This document shows positions 1-12,259 of a stretch of DNA of 64,000 nucleotides, one piece after another. The notes beneath the pieces were generated by a model. It did no database searches, was not told the origin of the DNA, and saw only the letters and a program-made list of their open reading frames with translations. The stretch is taken from positions 101,738,595-101,802,594 of the forward strand of contig NC_090382.1 of assembly GCF_036365525.1 (NCBI RefSeq), given 5' to 3'. The position numbers were made by a program, and so were the translations under genes. Positions within the stretch are counted from its first letter, which is position 1. Each line of letters starts with the position of its first letter. The DNA comes from Heterodontus francisci. Lineage: Eukaryota.

Positions 1-1098
1 GATGGATACAGAACTGGCTCGGTCACAGAAGACAGAGGGTATCAGTGGATGGGTGTTTTTCTGAATGGAGGGATGTGACTAGTGGTGTTCCGCAGGGATC
101 AGTGCTGGGACCTTTGCTCTTTGTAGTATATATAAATGATTTGGAGGAAAATGTAGCTGGTCTGATTAATAAGTTTGCGGTCGACACAAAGGTTGGTGGA
201 GTTGCGGATAGTGATGAGGATTGTCAGAGGATACAGCAGGATATGGATCGGTTGGAGACTTGGGCGGAGAAATGGCAGATGGAGTTTAATCTGGACAAAT
301 GTGAGGTAATGCATTTTGGAAGGTGTAATGCAGGTGGGAGGTATACAGTAAATGGCAGAACCCTTAGGAGTATTGACAGGCAGAGAGATCTAGACGTACA
401 GGTCCACAGGTCACTGAAAGTGGCAACGCAGGTGGATAAGGTAGACAAGAAGGCATTTGGCATGCTTGCCTTAATCGGTCGGGGCATAGAGTAAAAAAAT
501 TGGCAAGTCATGTTGCAGCTGTACAGAACCTTAGTTAGGCCACACTTAGAATATTGCGTGCAATTCTGGTCGCCACACTACCAGAAGGACATGGAGGCTT
601 TGGAGAGGGTACAGAGGAGGTTTACCAGGATGTTGCCTGGTCTGGAGGGCATTCGCTGTGAGGAGAGGTTGGAAAAACTCGGATTGTTTTCACTGGAATG
701 ACGGAGGTGGAGGGGCGACATGATAGAGGTTTACAAAGTTATGAGCGGCATGGGCAGAGTGGATAGTCAGAAGCTTTTTCCCAGGGTAGAAGAGTTAGTT
801 ACTAGGGGACATAGGTTTAAGGTGCGAGGGGCAAAGTTTAGAGGGGATGTGCGAGGCAAGTGTTTTACTCAGAGGGTGGTGAGTGCCTGGAACTTGCTGT
901 CAGGGGAGGTGGTGGAAGCAGATACGATAGCGACGTTTAAGAGACATCTTGACAAATATATGAATAGGAAGGGAATAGAGGGACATGGGCCCCGGAAGTG
1001 CAGAAGGTGTTATTTTCGGCAGGCATCAATATCGGCGCAGGCTTGGAGGGCCGAATGGCCTGTTCCTGTGCTGTACTGTTCTCTGTTCTTTGTTCTTT
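1..1098 (+). mobile_element. CR1 LINE 3' fragment (RT C-terminus and 3' UTR)
   Basis: SGVPQGSVLGPLLF...INDL...[25 protein letters not shown] and TRGHRFK motifs with stops; ends in a gttcttt repeat tail. Confidence 0.92.
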
Positions 1099-1129
1099 GA
1101 TCCGTTGCTGATCTGCACAAGCTTAAAAT

Positions 1130-3035
1130 AACTGTAACAAAACCACCTTTCTCGTCCAAAAATCTTCTATTTAGAAACATTTCAACGCTGTTGTTTTCTG
1201 CGACAGTAAAAGTTCAAGTGGATTTGTACAATGCAAATCTTGCAAACGTCTACTAAAATATGACAGCAAAATGACAGGAAATTCATCTTTGCAGCGGCAC
1301 ACTGAAAAAGATAGTACTCGACCCGCAGCAGGGCCAAGTCAGTCATACATAACTTCGTTTGTACAGATGAGAGAATAAAACATACCCACTCATAAGAAAT
1401 CAGAAATTACAGATAAATGCATGAGTCTCTGTTGCAAGGGCATTCGACCTTTTAAACTGTCTCTGGTGAAGGGTTTGTTGAGCTAACACAAGAGCTTATC
1501 AATGTGGGTGCTACATACGGTCAAGTATCAGCATCAAATGTGTTACCAAATCCAAGTACAGTTTCAAGAAGGTGTCGTGATGTGGCCGAAGAAAAGAGAA
1601 AACAACTAATTTCTCAGATTACTGACATACTGAAGGATGTGAATGTGGGAATGACAACTGACATGTGGTCAGACGACGACCATAAAATCCATTATATGTC
1701 AATAACTTGTCATTACATCACAACAGATTTTAAACTTAATGGCAAAGTTTTAACAAGAGCAATGTTTCCACTGGAGGATGGCAAAACTGGAGAAAACATC
1801 AGGTGTGAGATTTTAAAGCTGCTAGTGAATACTTTTGCATTCGACCCAGCAAATTTAAATAAATTAGTCTGGGTGACAGATCAGGGCGCTAACGTAGTGC
1901 CTACTCTTAGACCATATCGACGTCTGGATTGTCAGGAGCACTTATATAACACGGTCCTTCGACATTCACTTGATCCAATGGAATTAGCTTCCGAAGCTCC
2001 GGATGTTGTATAAACTATACGTCATTCCAAAGCCTTTCCATATGTTCAATTGTCTGGCCTTGCTGCACTGTTGTCTAAAACTATAAATCCAATGGGAGAA
2101 ATGAGGCACAGTACTACGTATCTGACACTGAATTCAATTCAAGATATTTATCATGAGCTGCATGAGAAACTGGAACAGCGTGGTGAAAACTGGGACAGTG
2201 TTAGGAAAACTGGAACAAAGTGGTTAAAACTGGGACGGTGTTAGGAAAACTGGAACAAAGTGGTTAAAACTGGGACGGTGTTCGGAAAACTGGAACAGCG
2301 TGGGGAAAACTACAGGCTGGAAAACATCGCCCGCGATGTCTTGCAGTTTTTGGTTGATTTCCTCCGACCATTTTAGAAGCTCAGAGGGAATTCGAGGGAG
2401 ACCAGTATCCTACATTGAACCTGGTAATTCTGTAGTTTCAGAAACTTAAACGACTCTGTATAACACTTTCTTCAGATACTCCAATGCAAGCAGTTGTCAG
2501 GCAATGGCACAGAGAGTGGCTTCTGAAGAAAGTTGAAGTAAAAGACGTGCACAAGATGGCAACATTACTCTGATCTAAATTTAATCAGCTGCAAATGTTG
2601 TCCAACCATGATAGGGAAAAAGTTTGTTCTGAAATGTGCAGACTTATCAACAACTTTAAAACAGAAGACCCTGTTAAGGAAGTGAAAGTGGTTGACGATG
2701 AACGTACAGCTGCCAAACAATCAGTGACCGAATTTGCTGAATAGGAGAATGTTCATGAAGAAGTGGACACAAATGGTGAAGTGCAGCAGTACACAGCACA
2801 GAGGCCTGCTGTGTTGGCGATGGCAAACAAGCAAGATCTGTTGGGCTCGTGCAAGGAACACAATGTTCCATACCCTAAATTGACCAGGCTGGCTAGAAGT
2901 ATACTTTGCATTCCGACAAGCAGTAGCAACAGTAAGAGGAACATCAGCGTAGCTGGAAGGACAATCGACCAGCGGAGGACTGCCCTTAAGCCTTCCACTG
3001 TTCACTCTATTCTTTTTTTGCATGACAATTTATAA
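1130..3035 (+). pseudogene. hAT transposase relic, hobo/Hermes-like
   Basis: BED finger (VQCKSCKRLLKYDSKMTGNSSLQRH), RPF/GEGF DNA-binding region, TTDMWSD, VTDQGANV, CxxH, and C-terminal dimerisation domain YPKLTRLARSILCIPTSS...LFLHDNL. Multiple stops and frameshifts. Confidence 0.9.
2167..2310 (+). repeat. 40-bp tandem repeat (~3.5 copies) inside the hAT ORF
   Basis: Unit aaaactggaacaaagtggttaaaactgggacggtgttagg with 20-bp sub-periodicity. Confidence 0.9.
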
Positions 3036-3199
3036 GACTTTTTGTCTTTTTTTTGCCATGTCTGTACTGAGACTACTTACTTGGTATGTCTGTAACTGAG
3101 ACTATTAAATCAAATGTCAACCTAACTGCCTATTGGGTGCTTCATTGGAGTAGGCTATTTGTTTTCTTTTTAATCTGGGGTTTGACGCGATTTGTTTCT

Positions 3200-3375
3200 G
3201 TTTTATCTGGTTATTATCACAGTGCTGTTTGTGGGCGATTGCTGTGGGCAATGGCTGCTGCATTTCCTTCTTTACAACAGTGACTGCAATTCACAAAGAC
3301 CTTCATTGGGTGGAAAGTGGTTTAGGACGTCCTGAGGTGTGAAAGGTGCGAGAGAAGAGCAAGTCTTTCTTTGTA
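3200..3375 (+). mobile_element. DeuSINE (SacSINE1-like) 3' part
   Basis: gctgtttgtggg...caacagtgact...ttcattgg...ggacgtcctgagg...gaaaggtgc...caagtctttcttt tail, shared with other copies in the window. Confidence 0.6.
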
Positions 3376-3419
3376 GAGAGAAAATGGATAATCTCATGAG
3401 AAGACTGCTTAAAAATCAT

Positions 3420-3848
3420 GAGTTATAAAGAGAGATTGGATAGGCTGGGTCTGTTTTCCCTGGAGCGAAGGAGGCTGAGAGGGGACATAAAATTATGAGA
3501 GGCATAGATAGGGTAGATAGCCAGAGTCCCATGGTAGGGGTGACTAAAACTAGAGGGCATAGATTTAAGGTGAGAGGGAGGAGGTTTAAAGGGGATCAAA
3601 GGGGTAAATATTTCACACAAAGAATAGTGGGTATCTGGAATGAGCTGCCTGAGGAGGTGGTGGAGGCAGGAACAGTAGCGACATTTCAGAGGCATCTGGA
3701 CAAGTACTTGAATGAGCAAGGCATAGAGGGATATGGAATAAATGCAGGCAGGCGGGATTAGTATAGATAGGCATTATGGTTGGCATGGACGCGGTGGGCC
3801 GAAGGACCTGTTTCTATGCTGTACGACTCTATGACTCTATGACTCTCT
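3420..3848 (+). mobile_element. CR1 LINE 3' end
   Basis: TRGHRFKVRGRRF...FTQRIVGIWNELP motif; (ctatgact)n tail. Confidence 0.9.
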
Positions 3849-3916
3849 GAGTCAAGATGTTGTTTGAAAGTCTCGGAAGAGACAGGCTGATATTTCTGAC
3901 AGAAAAGTGAAATACT

Positions 3917-6300
3917 GGACTGAATTTTATTGGGGTACGCTGTCTACAGCGGCGCCCTTTAAACTCGGTGGGGCGCCCTCATTTGCCGGCTGCCGCTGAG
4001 CTCCCGTGATATTAATCGCGGGGGCTTATTAGAATAACGGCGCCGAGTCACCCCCCCCCCCCCCCCCACATATTATGCGGGGTGAGGCGGGACATTCGGC
4101 GCAGTGAGAGTCTTTGACAGTTGTGCAGCAGGTGCTGGGGCCCTATTTTAAATGCCCCAGCTCCTGCTTCCTGACAGCTGTCAAAGAAATACTTACATGA
4201 CAGCTGAAGAGTGGGGCTGTTGTCAAACTGGCAGCAAAGCAGAAAATGCTGCAGAAATCCAGCAGGTCAGGCAGCATCTGTGGAGAGAGAAGCAGAGTTA
4301 ACTTGTCTGAGTTCACAGACCTGAAAGTTAACTCTGTTTCGCTCTCCACAGATGCTGCCTGACCTGCTGAGTGACCCCAGCACTTTCCGCTTTGCTGCCA
4401 CATATTTACCCTGCTGTGTCCCAGTGTCCTGTGAAGTTGCGATCCTCTTCTCCCACTCAAGTGTAACATTCCTTCATGTAGGCATGCCTCACATGGGTGA
4501 ATAATCGTAATTTTGCACATTCCAGGACATAAGACTTAAATAGACCATAAAGGTATTACTGAGGTTTACAGAGAACACACTAACACAAAGGGGAATGCAC
4601 GGGTGTCACAGCAATGTAAATACATCTTTCACTAAATGTTCCTCACCAACATGTGTGTCCTTTTCTCTGTGTGAATGATGTGTGACAGCATATAGCACCA
4701 ATGCCACATCCCTTTGCACTGTTGGCCCTTCAGGAGAGCCAACATATGCAATAACATCATTGCCATGCCATCATTACTCATGAGCGTCTCCATGGATGCA
4801 GTGACATGGACATTGGCTCAGTCAGCTTCTACCTCTAATGGTTTACACGGGGATGCTGCAGATGTGGACTGGTGCACAGCAGGTGAGCGAGGGTGATGTG
4901 CGGTTTGCAGAGCTCATGTCCTATGGAGTAGACAGCCATTGTCTGATCAGCCACTTCCGTACATCTCTAGCTCACTGCTAGCCCTGCGTGCAGAGTCTGG
5001 GTGCCATCAGCCCTCCCATGCATCTTTCATATTGTAGGTCCTCAGCGTCCTCATAGTCTGAGGAGGAATCCTGTTGACGTCTCTCTTCAGCATGCCAGGC
5101 CTGGCCCCTATTGGGTGCATAGTTGTGCAGAGAGGAAAGAAAGGAGCTGGCCTTTTCGGCCCATAGTACAAGGCATCACCCTATCCATACAGGCATTGGA
5201 GGCACTCTTTCAGCATGCCGATCTCCTGCTTAGTAGTGGCTCATGTAGCTCAGTGGCTGGCGTTGTATCTCTCCTCCACAGCAGTGGTGGAGTCTCTCAT
5301 TGGTATCAGGAGCCATGTCTGAAAAGGATAGCCCTTATTTCCAAGAAGCCACCCCTTCATCTGAGCCAGTTCAATGAACAGCGGTGGCAGCCGGGACTGG
5401 CGCAAGACCCAGGTATCATGGCAGCTGCCTGAGAAGTGGTCACACATTCGCTTCAAGCAGCCGTGGTGTTCACACACTAGCTTCACCTAGATTGAGAGGG
5501 CTCCTTTAATGGTGATGTCTGCAGGTGGCAACCTGGCGGGAGGCCTGATGGCCACATGATTGCAGTCTATGAACATTACAACCTATGGTTCTCCGGCAAT
5601 GTTGCCAGAACCACTGGCCCTCTGGGCCTGGCTGTGAGAGTCCCTCCTGAAGCAAATATCCTCACTGACCCTCCGGTGCAGAGCATTGGTGACCTCTCTG
5701 ATGCAGCGGTGCACTGCTGACTGTGTGACCCCCACAAAGGCTGCAGAGGCATCAGGCGTGAGAACCGCTGCCACTATGGGAACAAAGGTATGGGATGTCC
5801 ACCAGAACCCATGGGCTGCAGGTCATCCTTGAGCAGGGCGCAGAGATGTGTCACTGCTCTCTCTATATGGGCAATCTCCTCTTACACTGGTGCTCTGACA
5901 TCCGATGGCATGTCATGTGGGGCCTGTAGATGCATGGCAACCATAATGGCGAGCTCCCCTTGGGGGCTGCTGCTCACAACCGGGGGCCTCTATGTGTATC
6001 ACACCTACCTGTTGGTTTTGCCTCTGGTGCATACGGATCCTCAGGAGCAGAGGATCACACAATGTAGGATGAGCCATACATATTTCCAGGTGATAAATAA
6101 AGTTGAACCCTGCATGTATTCAAAGGATCCTAACAGGGCATGGATTGTGGTATTGACGGGTACATCAGCTGCTTTCCTGGGTCAACTATGTGGCATGCCA
6201 TTGCATTGCCCATCTTGGCCAACACACAGAGTGGCGCAGCATGACCATATCAAGATCCTATCAGCTGAATCGATTGCCCTCTCCATCCATAAAGGGATGG
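3917..6300 (-). mobile_element. PIF/Harbinger DNA transposon relic (HARBI1-like transposase pseudogene ~5100-5920), truncated by RTE
   Basis: TIR-like end ggactgaatttta at 3917. Minus-strand peptides GVTQSAVHRCIREVTNAL, FSGSCHDTWVLRQS, GWLLGNKGYP and EERYNASH. Confidence 0.8.
4235..4395. repeat. Inverted pair of Penelope-type terminal repeat tails
   Basis: cagcaggtcaggcagcatctgtggagagagaagcagagttaac followed by its reverse complement gttaactctgtttcgctctccacagatgctgcctgacctgctg. Confidence 0.7.
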
Positions 6301-6307
6301 AGAGGGC

Positions 6308-7168
6308 AATCAGGGAACACCTCTTTGCTGACAATGCTGCTTTAACATCTCACACTGAAGAGTGCCTGCAGAGTCTCATCGACAGGTTTGCGGCTGCCTG
6401 CAATGAATTTGGCCTAACCATCAGCCTCAAGAAAATGAATATCATGGGGCAGGACGTCAGAAATGCTCCATCCATCAATATTGGTGACCACGCTCTGGAA
6501 GTGGTTCAAGAGTTCACCTACCTAGGCTCAACTATCACCAGTAACCTGTGTCTAGATGCAGAAATCAACAAGCGCATGGGAAAGGCTTCCACTGCTATGT
6601 CCAGACTGGCCAAGAGAGTGTGGGAAAATGGCGCACTGACACGGAACACAAAAGTCCGAGTGTATCAAGCCTGTGTCCTGAGTACCTTGCTCTATGGCAG
6701 CGAGGCCTGGACAACGTATATCAGCCAAGAGCAATGTCTCAATTCATTCCAACTTCGCTGCCTCCGGAGAATACTTGGCATCAGGTGGCAGGACCGTATC
6801 TCCAACACAGAAGTCCTTGAGGCGGCCAACATCCCCAGCTTATACACACTACTGAGTCAGCGACTCTTGAGATGGCTTTTGGCCATGTGAGCGGCATGGA
6901 AGATGGCAGGATCCCCAAAGACACATTGTACAGCGAGCTCGCCACTCGTATCAGACCCACCAGACCCACAGGAAAAAAGACAAAAGCGCAAGGGGAGAGC
7001 CAACTGTGTAACAGCCCCGACAAAGAAATTTTTCTGCAGCACCTGTGGAAGAGCCTGTCACTCTAGAATTGGCCTTTATAGCCACTCCAGGTGCTGTTCC
7101 ACACACCACTGACCACCTCCAGGCACTTACCCATTGTCTCTCGAGATAAGGAGGCCAAAGAAGAAGAA
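6308..7168 (+). mobile_element. RTE-clade LINE 3' fragment (internally deleted)
   Basis: LFADNAAL...FGLTISLKK...FTYLGS...LLYGSEAWT; C-terminal CSTCGRACHSRIGLYSH zinc finger; (gaa)n tail. Confidence 0.9.
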
Positions 7169-8237
7169 GAGGACAGAATAGCTGACCAGAAGGTCATGAA
7201 ACAAAGGCAAACAATATGTTAATGGTGTGTTGAAAGACAAAGCATTAGTACAGATAGGGTGTTAATAGACTGAAAATTGAACAGCAGCAAGTACAAACAT
7301 GAAAAAAAACAATGGGTAAGCAAACTGAACAAACTAAGATGAAATAAAATAAACATACAAAAAAATGTAAAAAAGGAAAAATAACTAAAAATGAAAGTAA
7401 AATGGGGGGCCCGTCATGCTCTGAAATTATTGAACTCAATGTTCAGTCCGGCAGGCTGTAGTGTGCCTAATTGGTAAATGAGATGCTGTTCCTCGAGCTT
7501 GCGTTGATGTTCACTGGAACACTGCAGCAAGCCCAGGATAGAGATGTGAGCATGAGAGCAGGGGGGACTGTTGAAATGGCAAGCAACCGGAAGCTCGGGG
7601 TTCCGCAAAGCAGTCACCCAGTCTGCGTTTGGTCTCCCCAATGTAGAGGAGACCACACTGTGAGCAGCGAATACAGTATACTACATTGAAAGAAATACAA
7701 GTAAATCACTGCTTCACCTGAAAGGAGTGCTTGGGGCCTGAGATAGTGAGGAGAGAGGAGGTAAATGGGCAGGTATTACACCTCCTGCGATTGCAGGGGA
7801 AGGTGCCATGGGAAGGGGATGAGGTGTTTGAGGAAATGGAGGAGTGGACCAGGATGTCACGGAGGGAACGATCCCTTCCTCGAGCTTGCGTTGATGTTGA
7901 ATTTTCAGTCCGTTAACACCCTATCTGTACTAATGCTTTGCCTTTCAACACACCATTAACATATTGTTTGCCTTTGCTCCATGACCTTCTGGTCAACTAT
8001 TCTGTGGCCTTGTCCAATCTACACCTTCTTCTTTGTTATCTCTTGCCCCACCCCTGCTTTACTTGCTTATAAACTTTGACATTTCTAATATTTGTCAGTT
8101 CCGAAGAAGAGTCACTGACCCGAAACGTTAACTCTGCTTCTCTCTCCACAGAATGCTGCCAGACCTGCTGAGTATTTCCAGCATTTCTTGTTTTTATTTC
8201 AGATTTCCAGCATCTGCAGTATTATGCTTTTATTTTC
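7169..8237 (-). mobile_element. Penelope-like element fragment (GIY-YIG endonuclease) with inverted terminal repeat
   Basis: VVYCIRCSQCGLLYIGETKRRL...PVACHFN...RKLEEQHLI...GLNIEF. Segment 7172-7278 is inverted at 7901-8007. Confidence 0.88.
8097..8133 (+). ncRNA. Degenerate minimal hammerhead ribozyme motif (CUGA mutated to CCGA) in Penelope terminal repeat
   Basis: agtt-CCGAAGA-a-gagtc-act-gaccc-GAAAC-GTT-aact; duplicated at 16415-16451. Confidence 0.5.
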
Positions 8238-8439
8238 CTGGTCTGTATTGAATTGGGGGTTGGTGGGTGCGGATGGGGGCATTGATTCCTGGTGACGAGA
8301 TCAGGCTCACCCATGATTCCCCACAACTCCATCTGCAGGAATAGCCTGCTGCTGATTGGATGAACAGGATCACACATTAAAAATTACCATTTGGACAAGG
8401 TACCAGAGCACAATAACATGTCTGATGTCATTAAATTCA

Positions 8440-8561
8440 TTGCGATATTTGGGTCCGGCATGAAAAAAAATTCAAGGACTCGGGCTCCAGATGGGTTCGG
8501 TTTGGGTGTGGTCGGGTCGGGCCCAGGTCGGGTTTTAATTTTATATCTGAGCAGGCCTTTA
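8440..8561. mobile_element. Possible hAT terminal fragment or MITE end
   Basis: Clustered gggtcgg/gggttcgg subterminal-type repeats ending in caggccttta; duplicated at 16758-16879. Confidence 0.4.
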
Positions 8562-8845
8562 ATGCACTGCATCCCCAGGTCCATCTGTTCCTGCACACTC
8601 TTTATAACTGTGTCATTTAGTCTATATTGCCTCTGCCTATCCCTTCTGACAAAATGCAAAATCTCACAATTGTCTGTATTAAATTCCATCTGCCACTTGT
8701 CTGCCATTTCGCTAGACTATGTATATCCTGTTGCAGTCGATTACTATCATCCTCACTGTTTGCCACACCTACAAGTTTGGTATCTTTGGCAAATTTTGAA
8801 ATTTTATCCAGTATTCCAATATCCAAGTCATTTATATCTATCAAA
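8562..8845 (-). mobile_element. CR1 RT fragment
   Basis: INDLDIG...ISKFAKDTKL...WQMEFNTDNC; duplicated at 16880-17163. Confidence 0.85.
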
Positions 8846-8999
8846 AAAGCCAGGCATACTTGGGAAAATTTCCATATTGTCAGGAACAAGCCAGTGTTCT
8901 TCTGCAAGTTAAAATTCAGACCAATGTTTTCATCCACCATATAATTGTTTTCACCTTCAGTGCTCACATTGCATTTCAGAAATACACTGCTTCTTTAAA

Positions 9000-10035
9000 T
9001 AGACTGGATTAATCAAATTGGCAATGGTAGCCTCGAGGGAGAGTTCATTCAAAGTATTCGAGATTGTTTTTTGGAGCAATATGTTGTGGAACCAACCATG
9101 GAGCAGGCTATTCTAGATTTGGTATTATGTAATGAAGTGGGATTAATTAGTGATCTCATAGTTAAGGATCCTCGAGGAACGAGTGATCATGGCATGCTAG
9201 AATTTCAAATTCAGTTTGAGGGTGAGAAACTGGAATCCCACACTAACATTCTGGAGTTAAACAAAGGTAATTACATAGGCATGAGGACAGATTTGGCCCT
9301 AGTGGACTGGGCAGGAAGACTAAAAGGTAGGACAGTTGATGAGCAGTGGCAGATGTTTAACGAGATATTCAATTTCTCCCAACTAAAATATATTCCAGAG
9401 AGGAAGAAAGATTGTAAGCTGGGGAAAAACATCCATGGCTAAGCAAGGAAGTTAAGGATAACATAAAGACAAAAACTAAGGCATACCATATTGCAAAGGC
9501 CAGTGGCAGGCTGGAAGATTGGGAAACTTTTAAAGATCAACAAAGGGTTACTAAAAAAGTAATAAAGGTAAATTATGAAATAAAACTAGCACAAAATATA
9601 AAAACAGATAGCAAAAGCTTCTATAAGTACATAAAATGTAAGAGAGTAGCTAAAGTGAATGTTAGTCCCTTGGAGGAAGTGCCTGGAGAGTTAATAGTGG
9701 GGAACACAGAAATGGCAGAGATACTAATCGGTATTTTGCCTCAGTTTTCACGGTGGAGGACACTAGTACCATCCCAATAGTAACAGGAAATGCAGAGGTT
9801 ATAGAAAGGGAGGAACTTAAAACAATCATCATCACTAGGGAACAAGTACTGAGCAAACTATTAGGATTGAAGGCTGACAAATCCCCAGGACCTGATGGCC
9901 TACATCCTAGGGTCTTAAAGGAAGTGGCAGCGGAGATAGTGGATCCATTGGTTATAACATTCCAAAATTACCTGGATGTAGGACAGGTTCCAGTGGATTG
10001 GAAAAATGCTAATATAACGCCCTTATTCAAAAAGG
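9000..10035 (+). mobile_element. CR1 ORF2 fragment (endonuclease C-terminus to RT N-terminus)
   Basis: QYVVEPT..QAILDLVL...GTSDH and KSPGPDGLHPRVLKE...DWKNANITPLFKK; duplicated at 17318-18353. Confidence 0.88.
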
Positions 10036-11620
10036 TCTATGAATATTCATAATAAGCCCACTGACTCCCACAGCTACCTCAACTACACTTCTTCACACCC
10101 TGCCTCCTGTAAGGACTCCATTCCATTCTCCCAGTTTCTCCGTCTCCGACACATCTGCTCTGATGATGCTACCTTCCACGACAGTGCTTCCGATATGTCT
10201 TCCTTTTTCCTCAACCGAGGATTCCCCCCCACTGTGGTTGACAGGGCCCTCAACCGTGTCCGACCCATTTCCTGCACCTCTACCCTCACCCCTTCCCCTC
10301 CCTTCCAGAACCACGACAAGGTTCCCCTTGTCTTCACTTTCCACCCCATCAGTCTCCATATCCAAAGGATCATCCTCCGCCACCTCCACCACATCCAGTG
10401 TGATGCCGCGACCAAATGCATCTTCCTCTCACTTCCCCTGTCAGCATTCTGAAGGGATCGTTCCCTCCGTGACACCCTGGTCCACTCCTCCATTACCCTC
10501 AACACCTTGTCCCCTTCCCATGGCACCTTCCCCTGCAGTCTCAGGAGGTGTAATACCTTTCCATTTACCTCCTCTCTCCTCATTATCCCAAACACTCCTT
10601 TCAGGTGAAGCAGCGATTTACTTGTACTTCTTTCAATGTAGTATACTGTATTTGCTGCTCACAATGTGGGTCTCCTCTACATTAGGGAGATAAAACGCAG
10701 ATTGGGTGACCGCTTTGCGGAACACCTCCGTTCAGTCCGAAAGCATGACCCCGAGCTTCCAGTTGCTGGCCATTTCAACACTCCCCCCTGCTCTCATGCT
10801 CACATCAATGGATAAAAGTCTATATTTTAAAATTAATATATAAATGCTAAGTGGGGCAGAATGATATAGTACTCAAAGAGGCCATTTGGCCCATCGTGCC
10901 TATGCCGACTCTTTGAAAAAAGCTATCTAATCAGTCCCCTGTTCCTTCCTCATAGTTAAGATGAATTTCAGACTGAGGGCTAAATTTCTCATTTACTGTT
11001 AGGGGATAGCTTTAAAATCATCAAATGCTTTAAAAAAAAATTAAAGCCTGCTCTTCTCAACAACAATAGAGATTGTAACACCCTGGGATTGCTGCAGTGT
11101 TTCCAATGAACATCAACGCAAGTACGAGGAACAGCATCTCATTTACTGATTAGGCACACTGAACATTGAGTTCAATAATTTCAGAGCATGATGGGTCTTC
11201 CTTTTTTATTTGGTTATTTTATTTTAGGTTATTCAGTTTGTTTAGTTTGTTTCCACTGTGCTTACCCACTGTTTTGGTTTTTTTAATGTGTTTTTTTATG
11301 TTTGTACTTCGAGTGCTTTGTGCTTTACAGTCATTCACATCCTATCTGTACTAAGGCTTTGTCTTTCAGCACACCATTAACATACCGTTCGCCTTTGTTC
11401 CATGACCTTCTGGTCAATTATTATCTGTGACCTTGTCCTATCTACACCTTCACTTTTGTTACCTCTTGCCCCACCCCCGCTTTACTTGCTTAAAACCTTT
11501 ACATTTCTAATATTTGCCAGTTCTGAAGATGGGTCTCTGACCTGAAACGTTAGCTCTGCTTTTCTCTGCACAGATGCTGCCAGACCTGCTGAGCATTTCC
11601 AGCATTTCTTGTTTTGATTA
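10036..11620 (+). mobile_element. Penelope-like element 3' part (RT thumb, GIY-YIG, terminal repeat), interrupted at ~10807-11080
   Basis: HNKPTDSHSYLNYTSSHP...IPFSQFLRLRHICS and KQRFTCTSFNVVYCICC...LYIREIKRRL; partial duplicate at 18354-19124. Confidence 0.88.
11519..11555 (+). ncRNA. Minimal type I hammerhead ribozyme motif in Penelope terminal repeat
   Basis: agtt-CTGAAGA-t-gggtc-tct-gacct-GAAAC-GTT-agct: intact CUGANGA and GAAA cores, stem II gggtc/gacct, stem I agtt/agct, loopless palindromic stem III AACGTT. Confidence 0.65.
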
Positions 11621-12259
11621 CTGCTGGTCGTGATGTTTTTATTTCTAGGTAGTTTTTTCAGTTATATATTGCTTTTTGTGTTTTCAGCTTCTCTGAGTGT
11701 ACAACAACTTTTTCTTAAGGTGCTTGTTGAATTTACCAGATTTTTAAAGTTGCCACCTGTATTAGAAATTTAGCTGGCTTTCCTTTAGCCCACAGAAATG
11801 TATTTTTAAACTTTCAAATGTGCTATAGGATTCTGTAAATGACATTGAAGATTTAGATCTATGCACTGGCTGGGTCGTTGCAACATAGCTACAATACAAA
11901 TGAGGAAAGTTCTTCCTCATTATGTTTACAGGAACTGACAGTTTGAAAGAAGGAATTAACTTTTCAAGTTGCCAAAGATAGAAAAAATTGAAAGAAGCAT
12001 ATCACCAGCAGCAACAGACACTTACATTTCTGCCACGCCTTCAATATAGGAAAACAAGGCGTTTCACAGCAGAATAATGAGACAAATATATGCTGAACTA
12101 AAGAAGGCGATATTTGGAGGGTTGTCCAAATTCTTGATCTAAGAGGTGGATCAGCTCGGAAGGGAATTCCAGAGCATGGGGCTTAGATAGGCCAAGGTGT
12201 AGTAGGTCAAGGTGTAGTAGGCAATCGTGAGGAGATAGAAGGTGCAGCGGAGGATGTAC

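Noticed and set aside
2167-2310. CRISPR-like array
   Set aside because: Head-to-tail tandem units without unique spacers, in eukaryotic TE context.
5790-6890. 366-aa ORF as a novel fusion gene
   Set aside because: Chance read-through from antisense Harbinger relic sequence into an RTE RT fragment at ~6308.
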